Assembly (NCBI GenBank): GCA_964291235.2
Contig: OZ219815.1
Coordinates: 384,001 to 448,000, forward strand
Source: Vicinamibacteria bacterium
Lineage (GTDB): Bacteria > Acidobacteriota > Vicinamibacteria > Marinacidobacterales > Marinacidobacteraceae
Length of the DNA: 64,000 bases
Direction of reading: 5' to 3'
Of the stretch, positions 40,166-49,912 are shown piece after piece (positions within the stretch are counted from its first letter, which is position 1; the number at the start of each line of letters is the position of its first letter). Below the pieces are notes generated by a model that did not search any database, was not told the origin of the DNA, and was given only the letters and a program-made list of their open reading frames with translations. A program made the translations under genes and the position numbers.

Positions 40166-41458
40166 ATGGAGATCCTGGTCGCGCTGATCGCCGCGGTCGC
40201 GTTCATCCTGGTCGGGATTCCGATCGGCTACGTGCTGATCGCGGCGTCCGTGCTGGCGATCTGGCTCACCACGAACACCCCGCTGGTGGTGGTCCCGCTC
40301 CGCCTCTTCAACGGGACCGACTCCTTCCCGCTGGTGGCGATTCCGCTCTTCATCCTCGCCGGGGCGCTCATGAACCACGCCGGCATCTCCCGGCGCCTCA
40401 CCGACTTCGCCGCCGCGCTGGTGGGCTGGATGCGCGGGGGCCTCGCGATGACGACCACCGCCTCGAGCATGCTGTTCTCGGAAATGTCCGGGTCGGCCGT
40501 GGCCGACGCCGCGGCGCTCGGGAGCGTGCTGATTCCGGCGATGAAGGAACGCGGCTATCCGGCGCCGTTCGCCGCCGCCGTCCTCTCCGCGTCAGCGACC
40601 ATCGCGATCCTGATCCCGCCGTCCATTCCGATGATCCTCTTCGGAGCGGTTACCGGCGCCTCCATCGCCCGGCTCTTTCTCGCCGGGTTCGTCCCGGGGG
40701 TGCTCGCCGGCGCCTTCATCATGCTGGTGAGCCGAATGCTCGCCCGCCGGGGCGGCTTCGGCGACTCCGAGCCCTTCCGCTGGTCCCGGGCGGGGTCCAG
40801 CGCCCGGGCCGCCGCCTGGCCGCTGCTGATCCCGGCGGTCATCCTGGGCGGCATCTTCCTGGGCTGGTTCACGGCCACCGAGGCGGCGGCGGTCGCGGTC
40901 CTCCTGGCGTTGCTGATGGGGGTCGCGGGATACCGGACGGTGGGCTGGACGGCAATCCGCGACGCCTTCACCGAGTCGGCTCGCCAGACCGCAGTCGTGA
41001 TGCTGCTGGTCGCCGGGTCGGCGGTGCTCGGCTGGTACCTGGCCAACCAGCAGGCCCCGGAGCGACTGACGGCGTGGGTGCTGTCCCTCGCGGACGCGCC
41101 CTGGGCGGTCGCGCTCATCCTGAACGGCGTGCTGCTCCTGGCCGGAACCATCCTCCACAGCGCGGCGGCCATCGTGCTGCTCGTGCCCATCCTGCTGCCG
41201 CTGGCCGAGTCCGCCGGGATCGGGACGGTGCACTTCGGCATGATGGTGACCGTCAGCCTGGCCGTCGGCCAGCAGACCCCTCCGGTGGCCTCGGTGCTCA
41301 TCACCACCTGCTCGATCGCCAAGACCGAAATCTCCCAGGTGATGAAGGTCAACGTGTTCTTCATCGCCGCGCTGCTGGTGGTGCTCGGGATCGTCACGTT
41401 CTGGCCGGAAGCGAGCCTGTTCCTGCCGAACCTGATTCTGGGCGACGCCAGAGGCTGA
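40166..41458 (+). CDS. dctM: TRAP transporter large permease
   Basis: AIPLFILAG, SGSAVADAAA, ILIPPSIPMI, TATEAA and TPPV. Confidence 0.93.
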   Translation: MEILVALIAAVAFILVGIPIGYVLIAASVLAIWLTTNTPLVVVPLRLFNGTDSFPLVAIPLFILAGALMNHAGISRRLTDFAAALVGWMRGGLAMTTTASSMLFSEMSGSAVADAAALGSVLIPAMKERGYPAPFAAAVLSASATIAILIPPSIPMILFGAVTGASIARLFLAGFVPGVLAGAFIMLVSRMLARRGGFGDSEPFRWSRAGSSARAAAWPLLIPAVILGGIFLGWFTATEAAAVAVLLALLMGVAGYRTVGWTAIRDAFTESARQTAVVMLLVAGSAVLGWYLANQQAPERLTAWVLSLADAPWAVALILNGVLLLAGTILHSAAAIVLLVPILLPLAESAGIGTVHFGMMVTVSLAVGQQTPPVASVLITTCSIAKTEISQVMKVNVFFIAALLVVLGIVTFWPEASLFLPNLILGDARG

Positions 41459-41514
41459 CGCCGGACGGCGGCAGGGATCGCCCCGGGGCGGTCAGCCCGC
41501 CGAGGGAGATTCGT

Positions 41515-41778
41515 TCAGCGCCTGGATGACGAGAGCCCGTCCTCGCCGTAGCCCAGGATCTCGGCGGGGGGACCCTCGTCGAGGACCGGAAGAGCGGCGC
41601 ATTCGGTGCCGATTGCCACCAGTCGGTCGGCGAGGCTCCCCCCGTCCCGATCGCGCCGTACTCGGGCCAGCCGATCCCGCAGAGCCCGCGTCACCGCCAC
41701 CGTCTTCGTCTCGCCGGTGATCCGGGCAAGCTCGGCGGCGAGCCGTTCCGCCTCGGCGTTACGAATGTTCAGCGCCAT
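41515..41778 (-). CDS. vapB: VapB-type antitoxin (Rv0623-like), no adjacent toxin
   Basis: MALNIRNAEAERLAAELARITGETKTVAV...ILGYGEDGL. Confidence 0.8.
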   Translation of the reverse strand: MALNIRNAEAERLAAELARITGETKTVAVTRALRDRLARVRRDRDGGSLADRLVAIGTECAALPVLDEGPPAEILGYGEDGLSSSRR

Positions 41779-41921
41779 GAGCTATTCCTCGCCGTAGATC
41801 GTTGCACGGCAGCGCCGTCCTCGCGAAGCGCGAGCGCGCGCCGGCCCTCCGCACCTCCGCCGGGCCGGAAATCGGCTCTCTGGGGCGCGGTAAACTTCGG
41901 CCCGTCCGGACGACCTGGATT

Positions 41922-41997
41922 GGGGCTGTGGCGCAACTGGGAGCGCGCGTGAATGGCATTCACGAGGTCACGGGTTCGATCCCCGTCAGCTCCACCA
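41922..41997 (+). tRNA. tRNA-Ala(GGC)
   Basis: GGGGCTGTGGCGCAACTGG...at-GGC-at...GGTTCGATCCC...TCCACCA. Confidence 0.96.
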
Positions 41998-42095
41998 GGT
42001 CGTTTCTTCCATGGGTTCTCACGTGGGCCCACACTGTGTCGTAAGTCCATGATTCATAGGGCATTCGCGTTTGCGGAGTCAGGCTTCGGAACCGC

Positions 42096-42481
42096 TACTT
42101 CGTCGGGGAACCGCTCGGCCGGAGCCTGCTGATCCCGTACGGCGGCGACCTGATCGCGGTGACGCATCGCGGAGTGACCCCAGGCTCGGCGGTGCTCCAG
42201 GGTCGCGGCATCCAGCGGTCCGACTACACCACCGACGCGATCCGGGGACCGAAGAAGTCGTGCGGAACTTCGCCGGCCAGCCCGAGTGGGGCGGCTTCGT
42301 CCACCCGTCCGGTGCTCTCCTGTTGTTCAACGTCCCCGACTACACCGGGAACGATTGGCCCTACCCGGGGCGGCAGTACCGCCTGAATACGGTGACGGGG
42401 GCCTGGTGCGAGGGGCTGGGAATCCCGGCGGCGCAGTGGGCCACTTTCGAGGAGAGGGCGCTCTTCAGGCACGACCAATAG
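42096..42481 (+). pseudogene. Frameshifted internal fragment of a podovirus-like tail / DNA-stabilization protein
   Basis: YFVGEPLGRSLLIPYGGDLIAVT.RG, then after a frameshift LLLFNVP...QYRLNTVTGAWC..GIPAAQWA. Recognised from memory of phage proteins, not searched. Confidence 0.55.
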
Positions 42482-42559
42482 CCGGTTCTCTGCGAGTGGG
42501 GCAAGAGTTCCCCACCGTTCACGGGCGCCCGATCCCGGTCGAGAACTGGTCCCGCTTCG

Positions 42560-43342
42560 TCACTCCGGGGGTTCGGGGAACAGGCACCCGAGCGCCGCGA
42601 TGTCTTCCTCGGTCGCGGTGTATTCGGACAGGCCGGCCTCCCAGGGGGAATCCAGGGCGAGGGACGACGGAACGCTGTGGGACTCGCTTTCGGGGTAGTC
42701 GAAACCGAGCAGGAAGAAGAGACGCTGGATCACGACAGTATCGGCGAAGCCGACCTCATTCGGGTCCTCCAACCGACCATCACCAACCCAGTAATAGATG
42801 TTCACGCAGAAACCCACCGAGCCGACGGGGCCACCCCCTTGCTGTCCTTCGGGCGCCTCCGGGAGATGGTAGACCGCAATCTCGCCGGGCTCCCGCCAGT
42901 CCTGGCACTCGCTGGAGTCCACGGCGCGTTCCGCGGTCCATCCCTCGGGAGGCGTCACGAGGCCGCCGAACTCGATGACCGGGTATCCGAGCTGCCCTTC
43001 GATCTGATCGGCAAGCTTCTGCACGACCTCGAACTGGCCGGGCAGGTAGTCGGGGCCGACCACGTCCACGGGAAAGTTGTCGTAGTAGTTGACCGTGAAG
43101 GGCGTGTGCCACCACTCCGCCAGCAGGCTTAACTCGCTGCCTTCGACGGCCTCCAGAACCGCCGCGCACTCCGCGGTCGGCTCGGGCCGGACGGGGTCGG
43201 ACGGCGGCGCGGGCGGCGGTTCGGGGGGCGGCGGGACCGGCGCGGGCGCCGGCGGGGGCGCCGGCGGGGTGGTGGCAGTGTCGCCGCCGCATCCCAGCGA
43301 CAGGAGCACTCCGGCAGCGATCACCAGACGCCGGGTTCTCAT
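42560..43342 (-). CDS. Lipoprotein paralog of the metzincin array lacking Zn ligands
   Basis: Lipobox SLGC; QKLADQIEGQLGYPVIE; IQRLFFLLGFDY in place of HExxHxxGxxH; ends LGCLFPE. Confidence 0.75.
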   Translation of the reverse strand: MRTRRLVIAAGVLLSLGCGGDTATTPPAPPPAPAPVPPPPEPPPAPPSDPVRPEPTAECAAVLEAVEGSELSLLAEWWHTPFTVNYYDNFPVDVVGPDYLPGQFEVVQKLADQIEGQLGYPVIEFGGLVTPPEGWTAERAVDSSECQDWREPGEIAVYHLPEAPEGQQGGGPVGSVGFCVNIYYWVGDGRLEDPNEVGFADTVVIQRLFFLLGFDYPESESHSVPSSLALDSPWEAGLSEYTATEEDIAALGCLFPEPPE

Positions 43343-43837
43343 GTGGAGTCCTCCGGGGACGCCCCGCGTCCCGTGCGAAGCAGGACTATACGACGGGTCG
43401 TCAGGCCGCGTGGCTCTCCAGGCCCATCCTGCGGAGCGCCCGCCCGAGGTCCGGGCGCGTTTCGGGGCCCGTGTTTCGCCCGGCCCGGGGCGCCGCCTCG
43501 GCTGGGCCATCATCCCGTAGCGGACCGGTTCCCGGCGGGTGGTCCTTTCCCCCGGCCGGCGCCAATTCCCGCATGTGCCGAAGGTGTCGCCATATCGGCC
43601 AGAACGGGCGTAGAACCCCGTAAAGACCGTGTCAGACAAGGAAAGGGCAGATGCCGAGATCGGGAGCCGGGATCGGGTAGAGTCCGGTTTCGGAAAAGCG
43701 TGGATCGACGTGTTTCGCCGCCGCAACCGTAGTTCTCGGAAACTACCCTGGCAGAAGGCACTTGCGGTGACGATGAGATTCCTTCAGGTCCACCACGGTT
43801 TCTCTCGGCGGGCCGGGACATCCCGGTTCGTCTTTCC

Positions 43838-43935
43838 GGAAGCGCATGGGGTCTGGCGGCCTCCGCGGACTTCAAATCCGTTGATTCCGGGTTAGCCCCC
43901 GGGATGGTGGGTTCGATTCCCACACGCTTCCGCCA
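43838..43935 (+). tRNA. selC: tRNA-Sec(TCA)
   Basis: GGAAGCG...ggac-t-TCA-aa-tcc, long variable arm, GGTTCGATTCC...CTTCCGCCA; about 98 nt. Confidence 0.93.
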
Positions 43936-44029
43936 GGGTGGCGTGTTTTGTCACTGGAGCCGGGTACAGTGCCGCTCATCCGTGGGATTCCTCCACATAT
44001 CGGTCCTCTCCAGCGCCTGACTCCAGAAC

Positions 44030-46474
44030 ATGAAACCGGCTGCACTGGCGGAGGGCCCGGGACGGCTCTTCCGCGCGTCGGCCAACGCGCTCACGGCGCC
44101 GGAACGGCGCGCCGCCATCCGATCCCTGGTGGCCGAGCTGGATACGAACGCCGCGCTGCGCGGCGTCACGGCGCTCCGCCATTTCCCGGCGGAACCCGGC
44201 GACTATCGGGATTTCCCCGAGCACCTGGACGAGCGCCTCCGCGAGGCCTATCGGCGCCGGGGCATCGATCAGCTCTATTCCCACCAGCGGGAAGTGCTCG
44301 ACCGCGTGGAGGCGGGCGAGAGCGTGGCGGCCGTCACGCCCACCGCTTCCGGAAAGACGCTTTGCTACAACGCGCCGGTCCTGAACCGGATTCTCCGGGA
44401 GCCCGACGCCCGCGCGCTCTACCTGTTCCCCACGAAGGCGCTATCGCAGGACCAGAAGAAGGAACTCCTCGAACTCCTCGGGCTGGTCAGGAAGGAAGAC
44501 GAGCTGGGCGAAGACATCCGGGCCGAGGTTTACGACGGGGACACCCCGGGAGACGCTCGCCGCAGCATCCGGACCCGGGCGCACATCGTGGTCACAAACC
44601 CGGACATGTTGCATTCCGGGATCCTCCCCCACCACACCAAGTGGGCCAAGCTGTTCGAGAGTCTCCGGTTCGTCGTCATCGACGAAATGCACACCTATCG
44701 CGGGGTGTTCGGCAGCCACCTGGCCAACCTGCTGCGGCGGCTCCGCCGCGTGTGCGATCACTACGGAGCGGCCCCCCAGTTCATTCTCAGCTCCGCGACC
44801 ATCGCGAATCCGCGCGAACTCGCCGAGGGACTCACCGAACGTTCCATCTCCCTCGTGGACCGGAGCGGCGCGCCCCGTCCGGAGCGGTTCTTCCTGTTCT
44901 ACAACCCGCCCGTGGTGAACCCGGAACTGGGGATCCGCCGCTCGGCGCTGAACGAGACGCGCCGGATCGCCGGCGGTTTCCTGCGGGGCAACCTGCAGAC
45001 GATCGTGTTCGCCCGCTCGCGGACCCAGACGGAGGTGCTCGTCAAGTACCTGAAGCAGGACATCGAGACCCGTCCCGACCATACCGACCGGATCCGCGGG
45101 TATCGCGGCGGGTATCTCCCCAAGAAGCGCCGGGAGATCGAGGACGGAATCAAGAACGGCAGCGTCCTCGGGGTCGTCTCGACCAACGCGCTGGAACTGG
45201 GGATCGACATCGGCGGCCTCGACGTTGCGGTGATCGCGGGGTACCCGGGGACCATCGCCTCCACCTGGCAGCAGGCGGGCCGGGCCGGCCGCCGCGGGGG
45301 AACCGCGGCCGCCGTGCTGGTGGCGAACTCGACGCCCATCAACCAGTTCGTCATCCAGCATCCGGACTACTTCTTCGAAGGGACGCCGGAGAGGGGCCTT
45401 ATCAACCCGGAAAACCTCTCCATCCTGATCGAACACCTCAAGTGCGCCGCCTTCGAACTGCCCTTCCGGAAGGGAGAGCGCTTCGGGGGCGAAGACCTCG
45501 AAGAACTGCTCGGCGTGCTGGAGGAAGAGCGGATTCTCTACCGGGCCGGCGACCGGTGGTTCTGGACCGCGGATTCCTATCCGGCCAACAGCGTGAGCCT
45601 CCGCTCCATCAGCTCGGACAACTTCGTGGTCCACGACCGCGAGAGCGACCGGGTCATCGCGGAAGTGGACTTTGTGAGCGCGCACTCGACCCTGCACGAG
45701 AAGGCCATCTACATGCTCGAGAGCGACACCTACTACGTCGAGCAGTTGGATCATCGGGAGCGGCGCGCCGAGGTCCGCCCCATCGACAGTGACTACTACA
45801 CGGATGCGGTCACCCACACCAAGGTCACCGTCCTCGACACCTTCGGCGCGGCGCCGGAACCGTCTTCCCCCGCCGCCCACGGCGAGGTTCACGTGGTCAA
45901 GCAGGTCGTCGGATTCAAGAAGATCAAGTTCTTCACGGGCGAGAACGTGGGCTCCGGCGAACTCGACATGCCGGCCGTCGAAATGCACACCACCGCGTTC
46001 TGGCTCGAAGCGCCGCCCGACGTGCTGCGCGCGGTTCGCTTCGGTCCCGAAGACCGGCGGGACGGCATCCGCGGGATCCGGAACGCGATGCGGGCGGTGG
46101 CGACGACCTTTCTCATGTGCGAGCCGCAGGACATCGGGTCCGCCATCGGAACCGGGTCCGCCGAGGACGCCGGGCCGCTTCCCGCGCAGCGCGCCGTCGA
46201 GGAAGGGCCCCCCGGCGAGCCGGCGGCCACCACCCGGATCTTCATCTACGACAACTATCCCGGCGGCATCGGCTTCTCGGAACCGCTCTGGGAATCGCGG
46301 ACCCCGCTGCTGGACGAAACGCTCGGCCTGATCGAACGCTGCCCGTGTCCGGCAGGCTGCCCCTCGTGCGTGGGCCCCGTCGGGGAAATCGGGCGCCGCG
46401 GAAAGGCGGCCGCGGTGGCGATCCTGCAGGGCATCCGGAGTCGTGAAGAGATCGCGGCGGCCGCGGCTTCCTGA
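44030..46474 (+). CDS. DEAD/DEAH-box helicase with DUF1998 (MrfA/YprA-like)
   Basis: TPTASGKT, IDEMHTY, SSATIANP, TNALELGIDIG, QQAGRAGRR, YDNYPGGIG and CPCPAGCPSC. Confidence 0.92.
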   Translation: MKPAALAEGPGRLFRASANALTAPERRAAIRSLVAELDTNAALRGVTALRHFPAEPGDYRDFPEHLDERLREAYRRRGIDQLYSHQREVLDRVEAGESVAAVTPTASGKTLCYNAPVLNRILREPDARALYLFPTKALSQDQKKELLELLGLVRKEDELGEDIRAEVYDGDTPGDARRSIRTRAHIVVTNPDMLHSGILPHHTKWAKLFESLRFVVIDEMHTYRGVFGSHLANLLRRLRRVCDHYGAAPQFILSSATIANPRELAEGLTERSISLVDRSGAPRPERFFLFYNPPVVNPELGIRRSALNETRRIAGGFLRGNLQTIVFARSRTQTEVLVKYLKQDIETRPDHTDRIRGYRGGYLPKKRREIEDGIKNGSVLGVVSTNALELGIDIGGLDVAVIAGYPGTIASTWQQAGRAGRRGGTAAAVLVANSTPINQFVIQHPDYFFEGTPERGLINPENLSILIEHLKCAAFELPFRKGERFGGEDLEELLGVLEEERILYRAGDRWFWTADSYPANSVSLRSISSDNFVVHDRESDRVIAEVDFVSAHSTLHEKAIYMLESDTYYVEQLDHRERRAEVRPIDSDYYTDAVTHTKVTVLDTFGAAPEPSSPAAHGEVHVVKQVVGFKKIKFFTGENVGSGELDMPAVEMHTTAFWLEAPPDVLRAVRFGPEDRRDGIRGIRNAMRAVATTFLMCEPQDIGSAIGTGSAEDAGPLPAQRAVEEGPPGEPAATTRIFIYDNYPGGIGFSEPLWESRTPLLDETLGLIERCPCPAGCPSCVGPVGEIGRRGKAAAVAILQGIRSREEIAAAAAS

Positions 46475-46492
46475 CCTGCCCGTAGAGCTCCG

Positions 46493-47998
46493 ATGACAGC
46501 TGGCCGCACTTCGCTCGCCGAGCGGATCGCCCGGAGCCGAGCCCGGACGGTCACCGAAACGGGGAGACCCCCGGAGTCTCCAGGCACCCCGGCGCCTCCC
46601 GGCGCGGGCTTCGCGCCCCCATCCGATGCTGCCCGCCCGGAACCTGCCCGCCCGGAACCTGCCCGCCCGGAACCGGCAGCGGGCAAAGCGGCGCGGCTCG
46701 CCCGGGCGCGGGAGCTCATTCAGCGCACGGAACGCGGCTGGAAGGAACTCCGGGTCGCCGGAGCGGGAGGCGCCGAGACACCGGGTCGCGATGACCGGCC
46801 GCCGGCGCCGCCGGCACGCTTCGAAGGTGGGGACACTCCCGCTCCCGAGGCGGGCGAGGGGCAAATGCCCACTGCATCGCCCACCGCGGCGGCGGACGCC
46901 GAGAAAACCTTTTCGCGGGTGGACCGCTACTTTCGGCTCGACTCCCGCTATGGCCGCGAAACCCTGCTCCGGCTCACCGAGACTTCGGAGGAGGACACGG
47001 CCCGCCTCCAGATCCGTTCCGGCGAGCCCGGGGTGGACCTCGCCCGGGCGCTGTTTCTCGACACCGAAACGAGCGGCCTCGCGGGCGGGACGGGCACCTT
47101 CGCCTTCCTCATCGGAGTCGGCTACGTCGAAGAAGACCGGCTCCGCGTCACCCAGTTCCTCCTGGAGAACCCGCTCGGGGAAGCCGCCATGCTTGAAGAA
47201 CTCGCGGTGCTGGCAGCCGGGCGCCGCGACCTCGTCACCTACAACGGAGCCAGTTTCGACCTTCCGCTGCTCGAAACCCGCTTCGCGCTGAACGGGATTC
47301 CCTCGCCTTTCCGCAACGCCCGTCATCTCGACCTCCTCCACCCGGCGCGCCGGTTGTTCAAGCCGCGGCATGAGAGCGCCCGGCTCGGCATTCTGGAGCG
47401 GGAGGTCCTCGGGGTAGAGCGTGACGACGACATCCCCGGCGACCGGATTCCGCAGGTGTTCTTCGATTTCCTCCGCTATGGGAGCCACCCCGCGATGGAT
47501 TCGGTGCTGGCCCACAACCAATACGACATCGTCACCCTCGCGGCGCTGGCCCTCGTGGCCCTCGAACGGGTGGACGAGGACTGGCACAGCGACGATCCGG
47601 CGTACCTCCACGGAGCGGGACACCATTTCTGGCGGCGTGGAGAGTCTGAAGTGGCCATCCCGCTGCTGGAGCGGGCGCTCGCCGCCGGGCTTTCCGGGCC
47701 GAGCCGCGACCGCTGCCTGCTGGATCTGGGAGAGCGGCGGAAGCAACTCGGCGACTGGACCGGCGCCATCGAGCTCTGGCGCCAGGTCAGCACCGTGGAT
47801 TCCCGGGAGCGGCTGGACGTCCTCGTCTGGTTCGCCAAGCACGAGGAACACCAGCGGAAGGAACCGGCCGGGGCGCTCACCCACGTCGAAGACGCCCTGG
47901 AGCGGCTGCCGCGCGTGGAGATGGGCCGCGAAACCACCCGGCGCTACCAGAAGGAACTCGAAAAGCGCGCCGCCCGGCTGCAGAAGAGCCTGGGCTGA
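46493..47998 (+). CDS. RNase H-like exonuclease with TPR C-terminus (MrfB/YprB-like)
   Basis: FLDTETSGL, TYNGASFDLP, HLDLLHPARR and HNQYD; follows the MrfA-like helicase. Confidence 0.85.
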   Translation: MTAGRTSLAERIARSRARTVTETGRPPESPGTPAPPGAGFAPPSDAARPEPARPEPARPEPAAGKAARLARARELIQRTERGWKELRVAGAGGAETPGRDDRPPAPPARFEGGDTPAPEAGEGQMPTASPTAAADAEKTFSRVDRYFRLDSRYGRETLLRLTETSEEDTARLQIRSGEPGVDLARALFLDTETSGLAGGTGTFAFLIGVGYVEEDRLRVTQFLLENPLGEAAMLEELAVLAAGRRDLVTYNGASFDLPLLETRFALNGIPSPFRNARHLDLLHPARRLFKPRHESARLGILEREVLGVERDDDIPGDRIPQVFFDFLRYGSHPAMDSVLAHNQYDIVTLAALALVALERVDEDWHSDDPAYLHGAGHHFWRRGESEVAIPLLERALAAGLSGPSRDRCLLDLGERRKQLGDWTGAIELWRQVSTVDSRERLDVLVWFAKHEEHQRKEPAGALTHVEDALERLPRVEMGRETTRRYQKELEKRAARLQKSLG

Positions 47999-48062
47999 TC
48001 GGCGCGGGTGGTCCCCGGTCTCGCCTCGGGGTCGCACCCAGCCTGGCCGGAAACGAGCAGGT

Positions 48063-49415
48063 CTATCGCGCCCCCACCCCACGAAGGTCGGCCGTGGACG
48101 GCGACCGCGTCGCCTGGAGTTCCGCCGCCACCCGCTCGACCTCGCGCAGCGCCCGGAGGACGTTGCCGGCGGCGATCTGACGGAGGTCCTCCTCGGACCA
48201 GCCGCGCCGCAGGAGTTCGGCGAAGAGCACCGGGAACCGGTCCACGTGTTCGAGGCCTTCCACCATCGAGGGTCCCCCCGGGTCGTAGTAATCGGAACCG
48301 ATCCCGATGTGGGCGAGCCCGGCCACGTCGCGGATGTGTTCGATGTGGGCGGCGACGTCGGAGACCGTCCCCCGCGGCATCGGGTTGTCGGCCTCCCAGC
48401 GGGCCAGGCGGCGGACGACTTCTTCCTCGTCACCCAGTTCGGCGCGGAGCCGCTCCCGCTCGCGGTTCCGCATCGCTCCCCAGACCGGCTCGGCGGCGCC
48501 CATCCCCATGGCGGCCCGGTCCTCCTCGGCCTCGATGCCCTCGCGGGCCAGCCATTCGGAAGGCGTGGGAACCACGTACCCGGGAATGAAGTCCACCATC
48601 ACCACCCCGCCGTTGTCGGGCAGCAGCCGCAGCACGTCGTCGGGCACGTTGCGCGGGTGGGCGTTCACGCCCCGGGCACCCGAATGGGAGTAGAGCACCG
48701 GCGCCTCGCTGATCCGGAGCGCGTCGCGCATGGTCTCGGCGCTCACGTGGGAGAGGTCCACGAACATGCCGAGGCGGTTCATCTCGCGGACCACCTCCTC
48801 ACCGAACGGCGACAGGCCGCGGTGCAGGGGAATGTCGGTCGCCGCGTCCGCCCAGTCATGGGTGCGGAAGTGGGTCAGGGTCATGTAGCGGACACCGAGT
48901 TCGTAGAGCATCCGCAGCGCGGCGGTGGAGCCTTCGATGGCGTGGCCGCCCTCGAGACCGATCATGGACGCGATGCGTCCCGCGGCGTGGGCGCGCTCGA
49001 TGTCGTCCGCGGTACGCGCGAATTCGAAGTCCTCGTAACGGTCCACGAAGCGGTGGATCACGTCGATCTCGCGGATCGCCTGCCGCAGGGAATCGCCGGT
49101 GGCGATGAAGTCGGTATCGACGAAGGCCGACCAGAACTGCATCCCGACCCCGCCCTCGCGGAGCCGCGGGATGTCGGCGGGCAGTTCCATCTGCACCTGG
49201 TTCAGATCGGCGCCGGGTAGGTCGAGGTCGCCGCGGACCACGTCGAGGAGCGAACTCGGCAGGTCGTTATGCCCGTCGGCGAAGGGAACGCTCTCGAGCA
49301 GTGCGCGGGCGCGGTCCACGAGTTCCGGGGTGATTCCCGGCGGGAGCGGCTGACCGCCGGCGGTGGCGCTCAATGCCAGGGCCACGAAGCAGGCGAAAAA
49401 GCGGTGAAGCGGCAT
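48063..49415 (-). CDS. Membrane dipeptidase (M19)
   Basis: DGHNDLP, GLEGGH, YMTLTH, VDLSH, SHS, RNVPD and GIGSDY; signal peptide from MPLHRFF. Confidence 0.92.
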   Translation of the reverse strand: MPLHRFFACFVALALSATAGGQPLPPGITPELVDRARALLESVPFADGHNDLPSSLLDVVRGDLDLPGADLNQVQMELPADIPRLREGGVGMQFWSAFVDTDFIATGDSLRQAIREIDVIHRFVDRYEDFEFARTADDIERAHAAGRIASMIGLEGGHAIEGSTAALRMLYELGVRYMTLTHFRTHDWADAATDIPLHRGLSPFGEEVVREMNRLGMFVDLSHVSAETMRDALRISEAPVLYSHSGARGVNAHPRNVPDDVLRLLPDNGGVVMVDFIPGYVVPTPSEWLAREGIEAEEDRAAMGMGAAEPVWGAMRNRERERLRAELGDEEEVVRRLARWEADNPMPRGTVSDVAAHIEHIRDVAGLAHIGIGSDYYDPGGPSMVEGLEHVDRFPVLFAELLRRGWSEEDLRQIAAGNVLRALREVERVAAELQATRSPSTADLRGVGAR

Positions 49416-49477
49416 GGCAATCCTTTCCCCGGTAGAAGTCGAGGCACTAGAGTGGAACAGCGGTCGGAGGACCTTGG

Positions 49478-49894
49478 ATGACACGGAAGATGACACGAAT
49501 CACCGTGGAGGAGGCAGAGGACTGGTTGAACGCCTACGGTCAGGCGTGGATCGAAGGCGACCCATCGGCCGTGGTCGCTCTCTTTCATCCCGACGCCGAA
49601 TATCGGGAGACACCCTTCAGCCAGGGGATGACGGGGTCCGAGGCGATACGAAGGTACTGGCAGGAAGGCGCCGCCGATTCGCAAGAAGATGTCACCTTCA
49701 CCTACGACATCTGGTCCGTTTCCGGCAATGAGGTCCATGCCGGCTGGACGGCGCGCTTTCGCAGGAAGGGCACCGGTGTCGTCGTCGATCTGGACGGTGT
49801 GTTTCGGCTGATCTTTGACCAGCGCCAGGGGGCCACGAAATGCTCGAGCCTCAGGGAGTGGTGGCACTTGCGGGAAACCCCGCGCGCAGGCTGA
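49478..49894 (+). CDS. SnoaL/NTF2-like protein
   Basis: WL.AY..AW..GD..AVVALF.PDA.Y.E.PF...REWW pattern. Confidence 0.75.
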   Translation: MTRKMTRITVEEAEDWLNAYGQAWIEGDPSAVVALFHPDAEYRETPFSQGMTGSEAIRRYWQEGAADSQEDVTFTYDIWSVSGNEVHAGWTARFRRKGTGVVVDLDGVFRLIFDQRQGATKCSSLREWWHLRETPRAG

Positions 49895-49912
49895 AACGAG
49901 GGCTCGTCTCGC

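Larger units (their letters stand above)
41998..43795. mobile_element. Collapsed prophage remnant at tRNA-Ala with degenerate att duplication
   Basis: gattccttcaggtccacca (43777-43795) resembles the tRNA 3' end gatccccgtcagctccacca; contains a phage-like gene fragment. Confidence 0.6.

Noticed and set aside
43936-44029. Island integrated at selC
   Set aside because: Followed directly by core-like mrfA; no integrase or att duplication seen.
44030-46474. DISARM/Druantia-type defence helicase
   Set aside because: A single-chain helicase-DUF1998 followed by a YprB-like nuclease fits MrfAB; no methylase or other drm genes.
44441-48433. 1330-aa minus-strand ORF and similar long antisense ORFs (e.g. 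32159-34471, 34237-36387, 61240-63174)
   Set aside because: Shadow ORFs opposite well-supported genes in GC-rich DNA, with no recognisable motifs.
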